A stretch of 64,000 bases of DNA. It comes from Paraphysomonas bandaiensis. Taxonomy: Eukaryota > Protista > Chrysophyceae. How positions within the stretch are numbered: the first letter of the stretch is position 1; each line of letters starts with the position of its first letter. The translations under genes and the position numbers were made by a program. Shown here piece after piece: positions 48,978 through 62,620 of this stretch. The stretch spans positions 62,001 to 126,000 of the forward strand of contig CBFFRP010000097.1 of NCBI GenBank assembly GCA_965644295.1, written 5' to 3'. Below the pieces are notes generated by a model, which saw only the letters and a program-made list of their open reading frames with translations, did no database searches and was not told the DNA's origin.

Positions 48978-49772
48978 TTTACACTAGATCACAGAGAGAA
49001 TTTGTCGTAAGACTAGATAGATTTATTAGTATCGTTTACACGAAGTTGTGATAACCACCACTAACTCATTATAATCCCTGCATAATATCCTACATATGCG
49101 AACCTCTCGTTACTGAACATATCTTGAACGATCAAACTATTTCAGTTTCTCAATATCATCACAGCATTTGTACATCACTATATTTCACTGTATTCTCGTA
49201 CATTGTCTTGAAGTGACATACTGTATATACTAGAATAAGATCCATATTCTAATACAACCTACAACCTGCGTCAATTAATTAACAATTAATTGATACACAG
49301 CCGTGGTATTATGTTGACCAATTCAGGTAACTCACCTATTCTCATTTGATGTCGAAGCGCATGTATACATTCATTACGTGATGGTTGGAGTCTGCTAATA
49401 AAAAATTAGTTCTGAAGAGGTGTATGCCATAAGCTCTCATGCTGAACTCCTCTAGTTCCCAACTCATGAATGTCGAAGTTTTACATCTACTTGGCTAAGT
49501 AGTAACCCCAAAATCCGTGTGGTTAGGTATAAATTGGCTTGGAAGAAACATGACATGCTTTCCTTGTTTACGACATAAAATTGATTTGCAGAGTAAATAT
49601 TCAATGAAGACACAATACCAATAAAACTACACGCATTGATTGTCACTACGATGTTTCTCACTATTAAATAAACACTCGAGAAATATACTTGGAGAGCCTT
49701 TTCTAACTACAGTCTGCACGCTACGAGTGATGTGCGCTGACTTCTTCTAAAAACACCTCACTCAAACATGCT

Positions 49773-51546
<1,774 letters not shown>

Positions 51547-53059
51547 TTAAATAATAATATATGATGAGATCTATCTCACTGACAGTCAAGAGATAGATAT
51601 CTACACTAATGACCTGCTAGAGGGGTGTCACTGGATATACCATTGATAGTAAACAAAAACAATCCTGTGAGGTAGATCAAATTTTTATATCATAGAAATT
51701 CATTTCAATATTTGGATTCCTGCCTGTCAATATGCTAAAATTTGGGAAGAAGGATGAGCTGTATGGAGGTATGGTGCGACTATTACGCTGTGGCTGGATG
51801 TGTGGTGATTTTGATGACTTTGCTTCTTTTTTTTGGTAAAAATGAAATTTACAACAATCTTTCATTTTCGTCCTCTGATGAAAAAATATGTGGCCAGTAG
51901 ATATACAGCTATATATACAGCAGCAGAACATACAGAAAACGCTTTTCGATCGTAAAAAAGTCAATTTGCAACTTCGACACTTTTTTTTGCTACCAACATA
52001 TACAGACTATTCCCCACAAAAAATCCACCAGAGTGCATCTTCACCAAAACTGAAAATTAAGATTCTGTGGAATATATCGGAAAGTTGCATCCAATGAGAT
52101 GATAGCATGCAGTGTTGTCAAGATCATGCAATGCAATCATAAGAACGTTAACTGCGATTGTAGAGGACATTTAGCGAGTATATTATGAATTGAATATTGA
52201 TGTGGATATTTGTACAATTCGTAATGACTTATTTAGCTATATTGCATATTTCATTCACACAAAGAGTTGCAGTTCCTGACCTCTGGAGTGCCCATGTTAT
52301 ATTTAACGCACAGCCTCCAAACTCGATAATAATAATCTAGAACATCACAAGTTATATTATAGTACAAAAAAGTTCTACTCATCTTGGAGTTTAGCACAAC
52401 TATTGTGGCTAAAAAGGAAGCTCCAGCTTCCGAAATGAGCGCATATAATGCACTCAGCTTGATATATACACCCATATCGTAAAGTAGAATCTCAGAAGAG
52501 TTAAGTTTGCCACCTGGCAAAATTTAACCCAAGAAACATATCCTGGAAAATATGACACTTATCGCCACAACCAGGAGATTCCACTCCTAGTTCATCATCA
52601 TGAGTAAATGGAGTTCGTACTGTACGTTCCTACTGCATAACAGCAACATGTTATACTGTCCTAGAATGAGAATAGTCTATTGTAATAGAGTTGTTAGTAC
52701 TAATGATATTGCAATATTACACTCTTCTTGCCCGCTCCTGCTATTGTCAGTCACACAGTGACAAAACTAACATTGAGATATAAGATATAGAATTAGAATT
52801 TAATTCTACCATCGGTCGATATCGTCTATTCAGTGAATAGCGAATCGTAGATGCGTGAAGATGTAGCAAGGAGATTGAATTTAGTAATGCTAGTTTATAG
52901 TGTACTATATTGAAAAAGATAAATCATGAGCTAAACAAGTAACAGAACTAGGCATATGTAAAATTTACTTCTAATTATATTTAATATAACAGTGTACTAT
53001 GTACTAAGATTCTATAGAATATGAGCTAGTAAAGTTCATGTTATCTCTCCAGTTATGAT

Positions 53060-54223
53060 CTACACAACAGGGCATGAGAGTTGTGGGGAGAATGCTTCCC
53101 ACTTGAGGTTCTCCTTCTTAACGCCGGCTGCAATCAATCCGTGTGCCATCCCCCCCATGAAAGATGTTGGACCACATAGATAATACATACAGTCGGCTCC
53201 TACTTCATTTACCAAGGCACTGGCGATGTCATTGACAACAGGACGGCCTAATTTCTCTGTAAAATAATACTGATTATTTCCGGTATTCACTTCTTCAAAG
53301 TGGTCGTAAAATGGTACCGCAGCTTGGTTCTTGTCAACATGAATAGTTTTAACATTGGTAGTACCAGCATTCTTGAGAGCATCAATGAAAGACTTCATTG
53401 GTGTCCTACCAATTCCGGCACTAACAAGAACAGGCTTCATTGCATTTGAGACCAATGTGAAAGGACCAAATGGAGGAGACAGTTGAACCATGCCTCCAAC
53501 AGCAAGGACATCGTGTAGATATGTACTGACAACGCCTCCATCAATCTTTTTAATGCTAACTTCGAAGAAATTATCTCCTGGTTTAGACGTGACCGTGTAG
53601 TGTCGGGGGCTAGTATACGTGCCATCACCCTTCAAGTCCACACGAATGCTCAAATACTGCCCCGGTGTGAACTCGAAGGGCCCACTAGAACCGTCAGCAG
53701 GAACAAACCGGAAGGTCTTGACACCAGTAGACAAGTCCTTGATGCTATTAACAGTGAAGTTCTTCCAACCTCTCCAGCCACCGGAGCGGGCTTCCGCCGC
53801 CGCATAGCGGCCCTCTTCATTGTCAATGAGCAACTTGGCCAAGAAATTGACGGCCTCAGACCACGCCGCTCCGATCTCTGGAGTAACAGCAGGCTTGAGA
53901 ACTTCAGCAACAGCAATAAGTAAGTTGTCGTGAACGATGGGATAGTGCTCTGGTAGGACCTGTAGACCACAGTGCTTGCTTGCAATCAGTTCCACTGCAT
54001 CACCAAGAGCCCCTAAGTTATCAATATTCAAGGCATATGCAATGATTGCATTTGCGAGGGCCTTAGACTGTCTCCCTGCAGATTGGTTGGCTACATTAAA
54101 AAACTGAGATGCCTCAGGATTATTACGAAACATAGTCTCATAAAACACCCTCGTGATCTCCTCGGCATGCTCCGCTACCAGTGGTGCAGTGGCCTTGACA
54201 ATATCAATAGTGGACTGGTTCAT
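53060..54223 (-). CDS. hmp: Flavohemoglobin (NO dioxygenase), copy 1
   Basis: Globin with Tyr B10, Gln E7 and proximal His (KHCGL), EHYPIV; FAD domain PGQYL/RHYT/GVVS; NAD domain AGIGRTPM/YLCGP. Confidence 0.95.
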   Translation of the reverse strand: MNQSTIDIVKATAPLVAEHAEEITRVFYETMFRNNPEASQFFNVANQSAGRQSKALANAIIAYALNIDNLGALGDAVELIASKHCGLQVLPEHYPIVHDNLLIAVAEVLKPAVTPEIGAAWSEAVNFLAKLLIDNEEGRYAAAEARSGGWRGWKNFTVNSIKDLSTGVKTFRFVPADGSSGPFEFTPGQYLSIRVDLKGDGTYTSPRHYTVTSKPGDNFFEVSIKKIDGGVVSTYLHDVLAVGGMVQLSPPFGPFTLVSNAMKPVLVSAGIGRTPMKSFIDALKNAGTTNVKTIHVDKNQAAVPFYDHFEEVNTGNNQYYFTEKLGRPVVNDIASALVNEVGADCMYYLCGPTSFMGGMAHGLIAAGVKKENLKWEAFSPQLSCPVV

Positions 54224-55919
54224 ATGAAAGAACGGAAGATGTTGAGTGGGATACTTATACCTAAACAGATATGAATAGTGATATCCGATGAATAATGATA
54301 CCTATCTGCACCTCTCTTTTGCACATTGAAGTATATGGTAGTTGAAGATGAGGATAACTTTGAGTTGAATTTAAAGTAAAGTTTTTGTTCGACATCTTCA
54401 TATGTGGCCAACAGCACGTGCACAAACTCAGGAATTTTCAGTTAATTTTACAAAAAAATGTGCTAAAAACAGCGGTCATACAGAGTGTGCAGCAGTGTTC
54501 GTACTGTATGACCTCCATTAATGTTGCGATTTCTAGAACTCCCATTAAAAAGCGGGAGTTTTTAGAGTTTTTTTTGCTGTGCTGGTGTGTGTGGGTGAGT
54601 TTAGCACGGCAAGAATCTATTCTTGTAAAGAACAAAGCCACAAGAAATAGTGGAATGCGGTTAAATCCTTAAGTCCACGCCCTACGAATAGTAAGTTATT
54701 TACTCTTCTAGTGGTACCCTGCCAGCTGCGTACCCCAGAAGCAGGCAATAAACATGGTGTTGAAGCACTTCACTCGAGCCCCCGTCGGACCTACTCTAAT
54801 CACAGGCTTTCCTATCAACAGCGGCAAATAAACGCGCACGAGAGCACTTATGAATTGCAGCCAGTGACTATAGAGTAAAAATCAGCACCTCAGGTTAGAC
54901 GAGGCGGTCGCCGGGAGAATCATCACCTGTTTAGAGGTTGGGGAGGAGTCCAATGAAAATAATCAGGAGCTTTACGTTGGAAGTCGTGATGTATTTCCCT
55001 ATATCGGGGCGGGACACTGCCAGAAGAAGTAGCAAAATATGCTCCAGGGATTAATACTACAACGAATGCGTGGTATGTGGCATTGCTCGAGTAACCGATG
55101 ACCTCTACACTGCAATAAACAGCGATACAACAGTCTATTTAGTTATTCTAGAATAAGTTAATGTGTACTTCTTCTTTTCACACATTTTTGTTTTTATCAT
55201 TTCCGTATTGAGTTGTTTATCTCCTTATTACCAAAATCTTTTCTTCGAATGTTTAATTTAAAATAATCATTATACCTAGCAAATACAAGTCAATATATGA
55301 TTGTAGCCCGGTGTATTAAAATTGGTTGATTGATATTACTCACTGCATGATACCTGATATCACTCTTAAATTGATAGCCAATTTGCCAAGCACCACTAGT
55401 GATTGAGAAAAATAGCACACAACCAGGAGATTCCACTCCTAGTTCATCATCATGAATCATGAGTAAATGGCGTTCATACTGTACGTTCCTACTGCAGAAC
55501 AGCAACATGTTATTCTGTCCTAGAATGAGAATAGTCTATTGTAATAGAGTTGTTAGTACTAATGATATTAGCAATATTACACTCTTCTTGCCCGCTCCTG
55601 CTATTGTCAGTCACACAGTGACAAAACTAACATTGAGATATAAGATATAGAATTAGAATTTAATTCTACCATCGGTCGATATCGTCTATTCAGTGAATAG
55701 CGAATCGTAGGTGCGTGTAGATGTAGCAAGGAGATTGAATTTAGTAATGCTAGTTTATAGTGTACTATATTGAAAAAGATAAATCATGAGCTAAACAAGT
55801 AACAGAACTAGACATATGTAAAATTTACTTCTAATTATATTTAATATAACAGTGTACTATGTACTAAGATTCTATAGAATATGAGCTAGTAAAGTTCATG
55901 TTATCTCTCCAGTTATGAT

Positions 55920-57083
55920 CTACACAACAGGGCATGAGAGTTGTGGGGAGAATGCTTCCCACTTGAGGTTCTCCTTCTTAACGCCGGCTGCAATCAATCC
56001 GTGTGCCATCCCCCCCATGAAAGATGTTGGACCACATAGATAATACATACAGTCGGCTCCTACTTCATTTACCAAGGCACTGGCGATGTCATTGACAACA
56101 GGACGGCCTAATTTCTCTGTAAAATAATACTGATTATTTCCGGTATTCACCTCTTCAAAGTGGTCGTAAAATGGTACCGCAGCTTGGTTCTTGTCAACAT
56201 GAATAGTTTTAACATTGGTAGTACCAGCATTCTTGAGAGCATCAATGAAAGACTTCATTGGTGTCCTACCAATTCCGGCACTAACAAGAACAGGCTTCAT
56301 TGCATTTGAGACCAATGTGAAAGGACCAAATGGAGGAGACAGTTGAACCATGCCTCCAACAGCAAGGACATCGTGTAGATATGTACTGACAACGCCTCCA
56401 TCAATCTTTTTAATGCTAACTTCGAAGAAATTATCTCCTGGTTTAGACGTGACCGTGTAGTGTCGGGGGCTAGTATACGTGCCATCACCCTTCAAGTCCA
56501 CACGAATGCTCAAATACTGCCCCGGTGTGAACTCGAAGGGCCCACTAGAACCGTCAGCAGGAACAAACCGGAAGGTCTTGACACCAGTAGACAAGTCCTT
56601 GATGCTATTAACAGTGAAGTTCTTCCAGCCTCTCCAGCCACCGGAGCGGGCTTCCGCCGCCGCATAGCGGCCCTCTTCATTGTCAATGAGCAACTTGGCC
56701 AAGAAATTGACGGCCTCAGACCACGCCGCTCCGATCTCTGGAGTAACAGCAGGCTTGAGAACTTCAGCAACAGCAATAAGTAAGTTGTCGTGAACGATGG
56801 GATAGTGCTCTGGTAGGACCTGTAGACCACAGTGCTTGCTTGCAATCAGTTCCACTGCATCACCAAGAGCCCCTAAGTTATCAATATTCAAGGCATATGC
56901 AATGATTGCATTTGCGAGGGCCTTAGACTGTCTCCCTGCAGATTGGTTGGCTACATTAAAAAACTGAGATGCCTCAGGATTATTACGAAACATAGTCTCA
57001 TAAAACACCCTCGTGATCTCCTCGGCATGCTCCGCTACCAGTGGTGCAGTGGCCTTGACAATATCAATAGTGGACTGGTTCAT
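55920..57083 (-). CDS. hmp: Flavohemoglobin, copy 2 (identical protein)
   Basis: Offset 2860 from copy 1; two synonymous differences seen. Confidence 0.95.
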   Translation of the reverse strand: MNQSTIDIVKATAPLVAEHAEEITRVFYETMFRNNPEASQFFNVANQSAGRQSKALANAIIAYALNIDNLGALGDAVELIASKHCGLQVLPEHYPIVHDNLLIAVAEVLKPAVTPEIGAAWSEAVNFLAKLLIDNEEGRYAAAEARSGGWRGWKNFTVNSIKDLSTGVKTFRFVPADGSSGPFEFTPGQYLSIRVDLKGDGTYTSPRHYTVTSKPGDNFFEVSIKKIDGGVVSTYLHDVLAVGGMVQLSPPFGPFTLVSNAMKPVLVSAGIGRTPMKSFIDALKNAGTTNVKTIHVDKNQAAVPFYDHFEEVNTGNNQYYFTEKLGRPVVNDIASALVNEVGADCMYYLCGPTSFMGGMAHGLIAAGVKKENLKWEAFSPQLSCPVV

Positions 57084-57644
57084 ATGAAAGAACGGAAGAT
57101 GTTGAGTGGGATACTTATACCTAAACAGATATGAATAGTGATATCCGATGAATAATGATACCTATCTGCACCTCTCTTTTGCACATTGAAGTATATGGTA
57201 GTTGAAGATGAGGATAACTTTGAGTTGAATTTAAAGTAAAGTTTTTGTTCTAGCCTACATCTTCATATGTGGCCAACAGCACGTGCACAAACTCAGGAAT
57301 TTTCAGTTAATTTTACAAAAAAATGTGCTAAAAACAGCGATTCACCTGCGCAGTTTTTCTACCGGTGTACAGTAGTATACTGCACTTACAGTACTTTGCT
57401 AATTTGACGATTTCTAGAAATCCTTGAAAATATCTGATTTTCATGTACACTGCTGTATATCTTCTCGTTCAAAGTAGAGTGCAGAGGTTTCCTGTATAAA
57501 GAGGGTCTGTACCATGATACTGTATTCATGTACATATATTTGCTCCTGCTGTGCGTGGACTTGTACTCGACTCTGCTGCGCTATAGAGTATATAGTGTAC
57601 TAATATGTGGGCTGCTTATACAGGCGACTATAATTCACCATAAT

Positions 57645-59724
57645 ATGGAGAACACTACTCTCTGGCCTGCATTAGGAGGACTAGCCTCTGTCCTTCTTGT
57701 TAAGCTGTACCAGAACAGCAAGAAGCGTCAGGATCGCAGTGGTTTAGGGGTGGCGCATCCGTCTTCTTCCATGGACATATACAGACACTGTGTGTACCTC
57801 GATTACAATGCTACTACACCTATTTGGCCTGAAGTAATGGAAGCCATGAAACCTTTTTCTCTTACGTGTTTTGGTAATCCGTCTTCCCCTCATATATATG
57901 CAGCTCCCTGCAAGAATGCGGTCAGCAGCTTGTGGATATCTTTGTTTTGTACTGACATTAGATACTCTAGGTTAACACAGCTCGAAACCACATATCGAAC
58001 TTGATTAATTCTCCTGATCCCTCATGCATTGTAGTCACCAGCTGTGGCTCCGAGAGCGATAACCGGGCTATCGATATTGCATTGTACAACTATTCCCTAC
58101 GTTCAACAAACAACAGTGAACTGCCTCATATAATAACTTGTAGCATTGAGCACCCGGCTGTATTAGAATATTTAAACTACCTCAAAAATGAAGGAAAAAT
58201 TAGCCTTAGTGTAGTGGGTGTAAGCGTCGACGGAATTGTATCCCCTGATGACATACGTTCAGCCTTGCAGCCGAACACAGCACTTGTGACGGTAATGCAC
58301 TCCAACAATGAGGTCGGAACAGTGCAACCAATAAATGCGATAGCTACACATATTAGAGAGTTCAATGAGGCAAATTGTACAGCGGTTTTGTTTCACAGCG
58401 ATGCCGCACAAAGTATGGGGAAGATTCCGGTAGACGTCCAGAGAGACGGTACTGACATGCTGACTATTGTGGGGCACAAATTTGGTGCTCCAAAAGGAAT
58501 CGCTGCCCTGTATCTTCGACCAGGGGTAAAGTAAGTGTATACTGTATGGAACTTATCTATGAAAATTAATGCACCGTTGTTAGTGTTGTATTTATGACTG
58601 ACAACTCGTATGTGTGATTACAGTGTGCGGCCTCTATTATTTGGTGGTGGGCAAGAAGGAGGGCGTCGGGCTGGAACAGAGAATGTTATGCTGATGGCTG
58701 GACTAGGTACATCGCAAATATTTGCTTCGTATACCTGAACTTGTACTGTCCATCCGTTTACGTTCGCATTCCCTCCGTAGAGTCCGCACTTATTTACTTC
58801 TATATTCATAGCCTTGGGAATGCACAGTTGCTGCTATAATCTTGTTTGCTGTACACCAACTTAATGTGAAATGTATGGCTAGGCGAAGCTGCCCGTATAG
58901 CACAGACTGAGTGGCGTGGCACGATTGCGCATATGTTGACACTCCGAATGCGGCTTATTCGAATATTACAGGAGGAACTTGGTGGATTAGAGGTGTGTTC
59001 GACATACGTAAACGTATTTTTGTATGCTACTTTATCGGTTGGAAAATGATGTTTTCATTTTCGAATATATATGCACTTATAGTAGTTTTGACTTCTTTCA
59101 GAGTGGTAAGTTTCTCCGGTTTAATGGTCCTGTTGAAGCCTATCAACTAAATTACATCGCCACTGTCCTACATGAAGTCATGTGTGGAACAAGGACAGAG
59201 AATATCTTTCCTGTGCTACCTAATACTGTGAACGTCTCATTTCGAGGTGTACGAGCTGCGAAGTTGATGCCTACCCTAATTGACAAAGTAAGTATTGGGT
59301 ATTGGAGATATGCTCTGAAAAGGTAAAAGTGTGTAATCACGCATTTTAATTTCAGGTCGCGTGCTCTGCTGGCACCACATGCCATGCCGTCCACTCTTCA
59401 GACGCAGTGTCTGCTGTACTCTGCGCTATGCAGGTACTACACACATATATACTGTACACTATATCGTCAAAGTTTTGCTACAGTTTACATTTTGGTGTTT
59501 GTCTCGTGTGAGGTATACGTATCCTCGTGTAGCAATGTAATATGCTTGTATCATGCTGTCGAAATGCTTGATTAGTAAATTATGTATGTGTACAGCTGCC
59601 GAGAGAGTATGGCATTGGTACACTGCGACTGTCTTTTGGGCGACACACTACCGAAGATGAAGTCGTAAGAGCTGGATATATCATTGCGAGATCTGTGAAA
59701 GTACTGAGCATTAAGAAAGATTAA
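57645..59724 (+). CDS. NifS-like cysteine desulfurase / selenocysteine lyase (PLP class V), multi-exon
   Basis: YLDYNATTP, GNPSS, HSDAAQ, VGHKFG, GGGQEGGRRAGTEN, catalytic-Cys segment SAGTTCH and LRLSFGR. Confidence 0.9.
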
Positions 59725-60200
59725 TATAACTATTCTATGTATATTGTCGCGACTATATACTAGGAGTCAGTTGGAAACTCTGTGGCAATGCCATAGGTGG
59801 ATCATTTGTCTATTATTTGATTATTAGTAAACGAGCAAGATAAGTAGAATTCATACAATACTATTAAGCAATAGTAGGTTTCATAAGTGCTACAATTATG
59901 GCATCTCATCTTTATGCAGCGTTCAATATATATGTGTGTGAAATGACATACATAGGTAAATTATTTTGGTTAGTAGAGTAATACTAAAAAATATATATAA
60001 ATTAAATAAAACGTCAAAGCAATGTTTTTAGTGGAAACACTATACGTTCTTGCGCCATTTCTACGAAAGATAAAAGTCATTCAAGCTTGCAATTCATTAT
60101 AATATTATATTATATATTAATTAATGTCATCAGTTCTCAAAAAACGTTCCTCACAAACAATCTGATACAGAACCCAGAGGAAGTAGTGAATGTCTGATAG

Positions 60201-60501
60201 TTAGCAATAGGGGTGTAAATAAGGTGCAACCTTAAGGTGAACATCCCGGATGCTTGACCTCAACAGGCAGCTCAATACCCCGGTTACCCTTCAGGTGGGC
60301 CCTGTCCCGGATGCCTGTACATTTGTCAAGGCCCAAAGACGTCTACACAAGAGACACTAGTTACTGTCCCCTTGTACCACACAAGCATTTGGCTGTGAGA
60401 GGGCAGAACAATATCTGCTGACTACAAATACGGCTCACGTTAGTTTCCCGGAGGAATATCTCCGGTATTACGAAAAGGTGCGAGTCCGACTTTGTTGAGG
60501 G
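60201..60501 (-). mobile_element. SINE/SIDE-like retroposon, internally deleted copy E
   Basis: Has both the 5' ccctcaacaaag and 3' cctattgctaa motifs, with internal deletions including P3'/P1'. Confidence 0.75.
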
Positions 60502-61587
60502 CACCAATTAAGGAATCGAGAATAGGCGCATCACATAATAATATCGCTCATAGTTATCATTCTTCGTGCGAGAGTCTCTTCTGACTTCAATGTTCATAAC
60601 CGAATGCTGTGGCTGTTGCCCTCTATATATACACTGCAAGCTTAACAGTATATATTATCATCCTACAATGCACTTATTATATGCCATCATGTTCCCTAGT
60701 TGAAAATGTCACTCCCGTCATATTATTATAGTATATAATATATATACAACTGAGGACATACATATATATGCATCAGAATCATTATCAATGTCTGCAGTGT
60801 AAATAAGCAGTATAACTTACCCGTATCCATGTTCCCTGTCTTAAACACTTCTCTTTATTGTGGATTTAAAATTAACACATATATATAGATAGGTCATCTG
60901 TAAAGTAAAAACTGCGATTAAGAGCACACCTAAATTCAAGAGTATAATATATATAATAATATTATATGTCAACATTAAGAATGTATGGATTATTCGCTGT
61001 CCTCATCATCAGATATAAGATGACACAAGAGACACCATTCTACAAGATATATATACCCTTCGAAACAGAATTTAAGTTTATCATAACTGATATATATTAT
61101 GTATAAAAGTTAGACAGTGAGAAGAAAGCAGACTGGTGACCTGACACTGATAAGTGTGTGAGAACTTTCTAGTATATTCTTTCCACTCTTCACACTGCGG
61201 AGAAGTTTGACGACTATTTCACACTGTTTTAACAGCAGCAAAAGATCGCCAAATAATACATCCATCGCCAGTTGAGAGTATATATTATATTTAAAAGTTT
61301 TACTGTAGAAAAGTATATATATATTTAGTGCTATATTATTATATACGTGAATTAGTTTATATACTATTGACCCAATCCATCAATAGCAACCTCTTTGTAG
61401 CAGCAAGGATACAGAAGAAGCCTTGAAGGGAATAATGACGAAACCATATCTGGGGGAAATTGTTACCCATCTCTCTTATAGTATTATACGGCTTTTGGTA
61501 TGGGCTCTACTGACAGTGCCAAGGTATATTTTTTGGAGGTGTACAGGATAATATATGTATAAAATTCCCTTATTGCTTCCAAATAGT

Positions 61588-62104
61588 CCCTCAACAAAGT
61601 CGGACTCGCACCTTTTCGTGGTGTTCTGGGGGATAAGTACCGGAGAGATTCTCTCTGGGAAACTAACGTGACCCGCAAACATATAAATATTCAGCAGATA
61701 TTCTTCTGCCCACTCATAGCCGAATGCTTGTGTGGTACAAGGTACACCAATAAGTGTCACTTGTGTAGACGTCTTTGGGCCCTGACGAATAAACAGGCAT
61801 CCGGGAATGGGCCCAGGGCACCCGGGACAGGACCCATCTGAAGGGTAACCGGGGTATTGGGCTGCCTGCTGAAGCCAAGCATCCGGGATGTTCACCTTAA
61901 GAACTCAGAGCGGAAGTGGTCGCACCTAGGTGCTTGCGGCGACACACAAGCAGCTTCCGTAGCGTTAAATAGTAGGATAAAAAGTGTGTACTGATTAGTT
62001 ACAGGTAGATGTCTAACCAATGTGTCTAGCATTCATCTACTAGCTACTAAGTTGGTGCAGGTTTTTAACGCCTATTGCAAAAAAAAGACTTTCAATAATA
62101 TATA
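61588..62104 (+). mobile_element. SINE/SIDE-like retroposon, copy F (full length, opposite orientation)
   Basis: Starts ccctcaacaaagtcgg and ends gactttcaataatatata; ribozyme-like head at 61588-61675. Confidence 0.85.
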
Positions 62105-62620
62105 AGGTATACGGCTTCGGTGGAATTGTTAACAGAAATGAGTTGACCTAATGACTACTTGCTAGCGATGCAGTGCTACGTTTATTCACGCATGCACGTA
62201 AACTTGAGAATAATATAGGGGAACATATGCATAGGGTGCCAGTCGACCTGGTGATCTGCTTCCCAGAGACATACACATGCATGAGTTTGCTGCAAATTAA
62301 CAACAAATCTTGAGCATATATAAATTTCACCTAATCTCATAGTTCATTACAGTACCATCTAGTTCTCATTATTTCAATGATCTCGGTGTTAATTTCAAAT
62401 TTAAGTTTGGCTTTATTAGGAGCACCTGTTTTACTACGGAATTATTTGACATCAATATACATAAGGTAAAGAGATGACAACCAGCTTTTCTTTCACTTAG
62501 GCAAATATGAAACTGGAGTAGGAAATCTAATGCAACCCAATATCCAAACAACAATGATTGGCATATTCTATTATTATTACACGAAAAAGCTACGGTGTGA
62601 TTATCTATCGCTTACAACAG

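Larger units (their letters stand above)
43748..49254 (-). mobile_element. Full-length Ty1/Copia LTR retrotransposon (element 2)
   Basis: 294-bp LTRs at 43748-44041 and 48961-49254, identical by eye; TSD caacc; PBS TGGTAGCG; PPT ATTGAGTGGGAG. Confidence 0.97.
42108..49305. mobile_element. Possible degenerate non-autonomous DNA transposon hosting Copia element 2
   Basis: Imperfect TIR CAGGGCTGCGTA / TACACAGCCGTG with AATT-rich subterminal repeats at both ends; no clean TSD. Confidence 0.35.
52567..57339. repeat. Tandem duplication of a ~1.9-kb flavohemoglobin block (~52567-54474 and ~55419-57339)
   Basis: Direct near-identity including both flanks. Confidence 0.92.

Noticed and set aside
54680-55130. 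GC-richer block between the flavohemoglobin copies
   Set aside because: No ORF, terminal repeats, TSD or second copy visible in the window, so it cannot be assigned.
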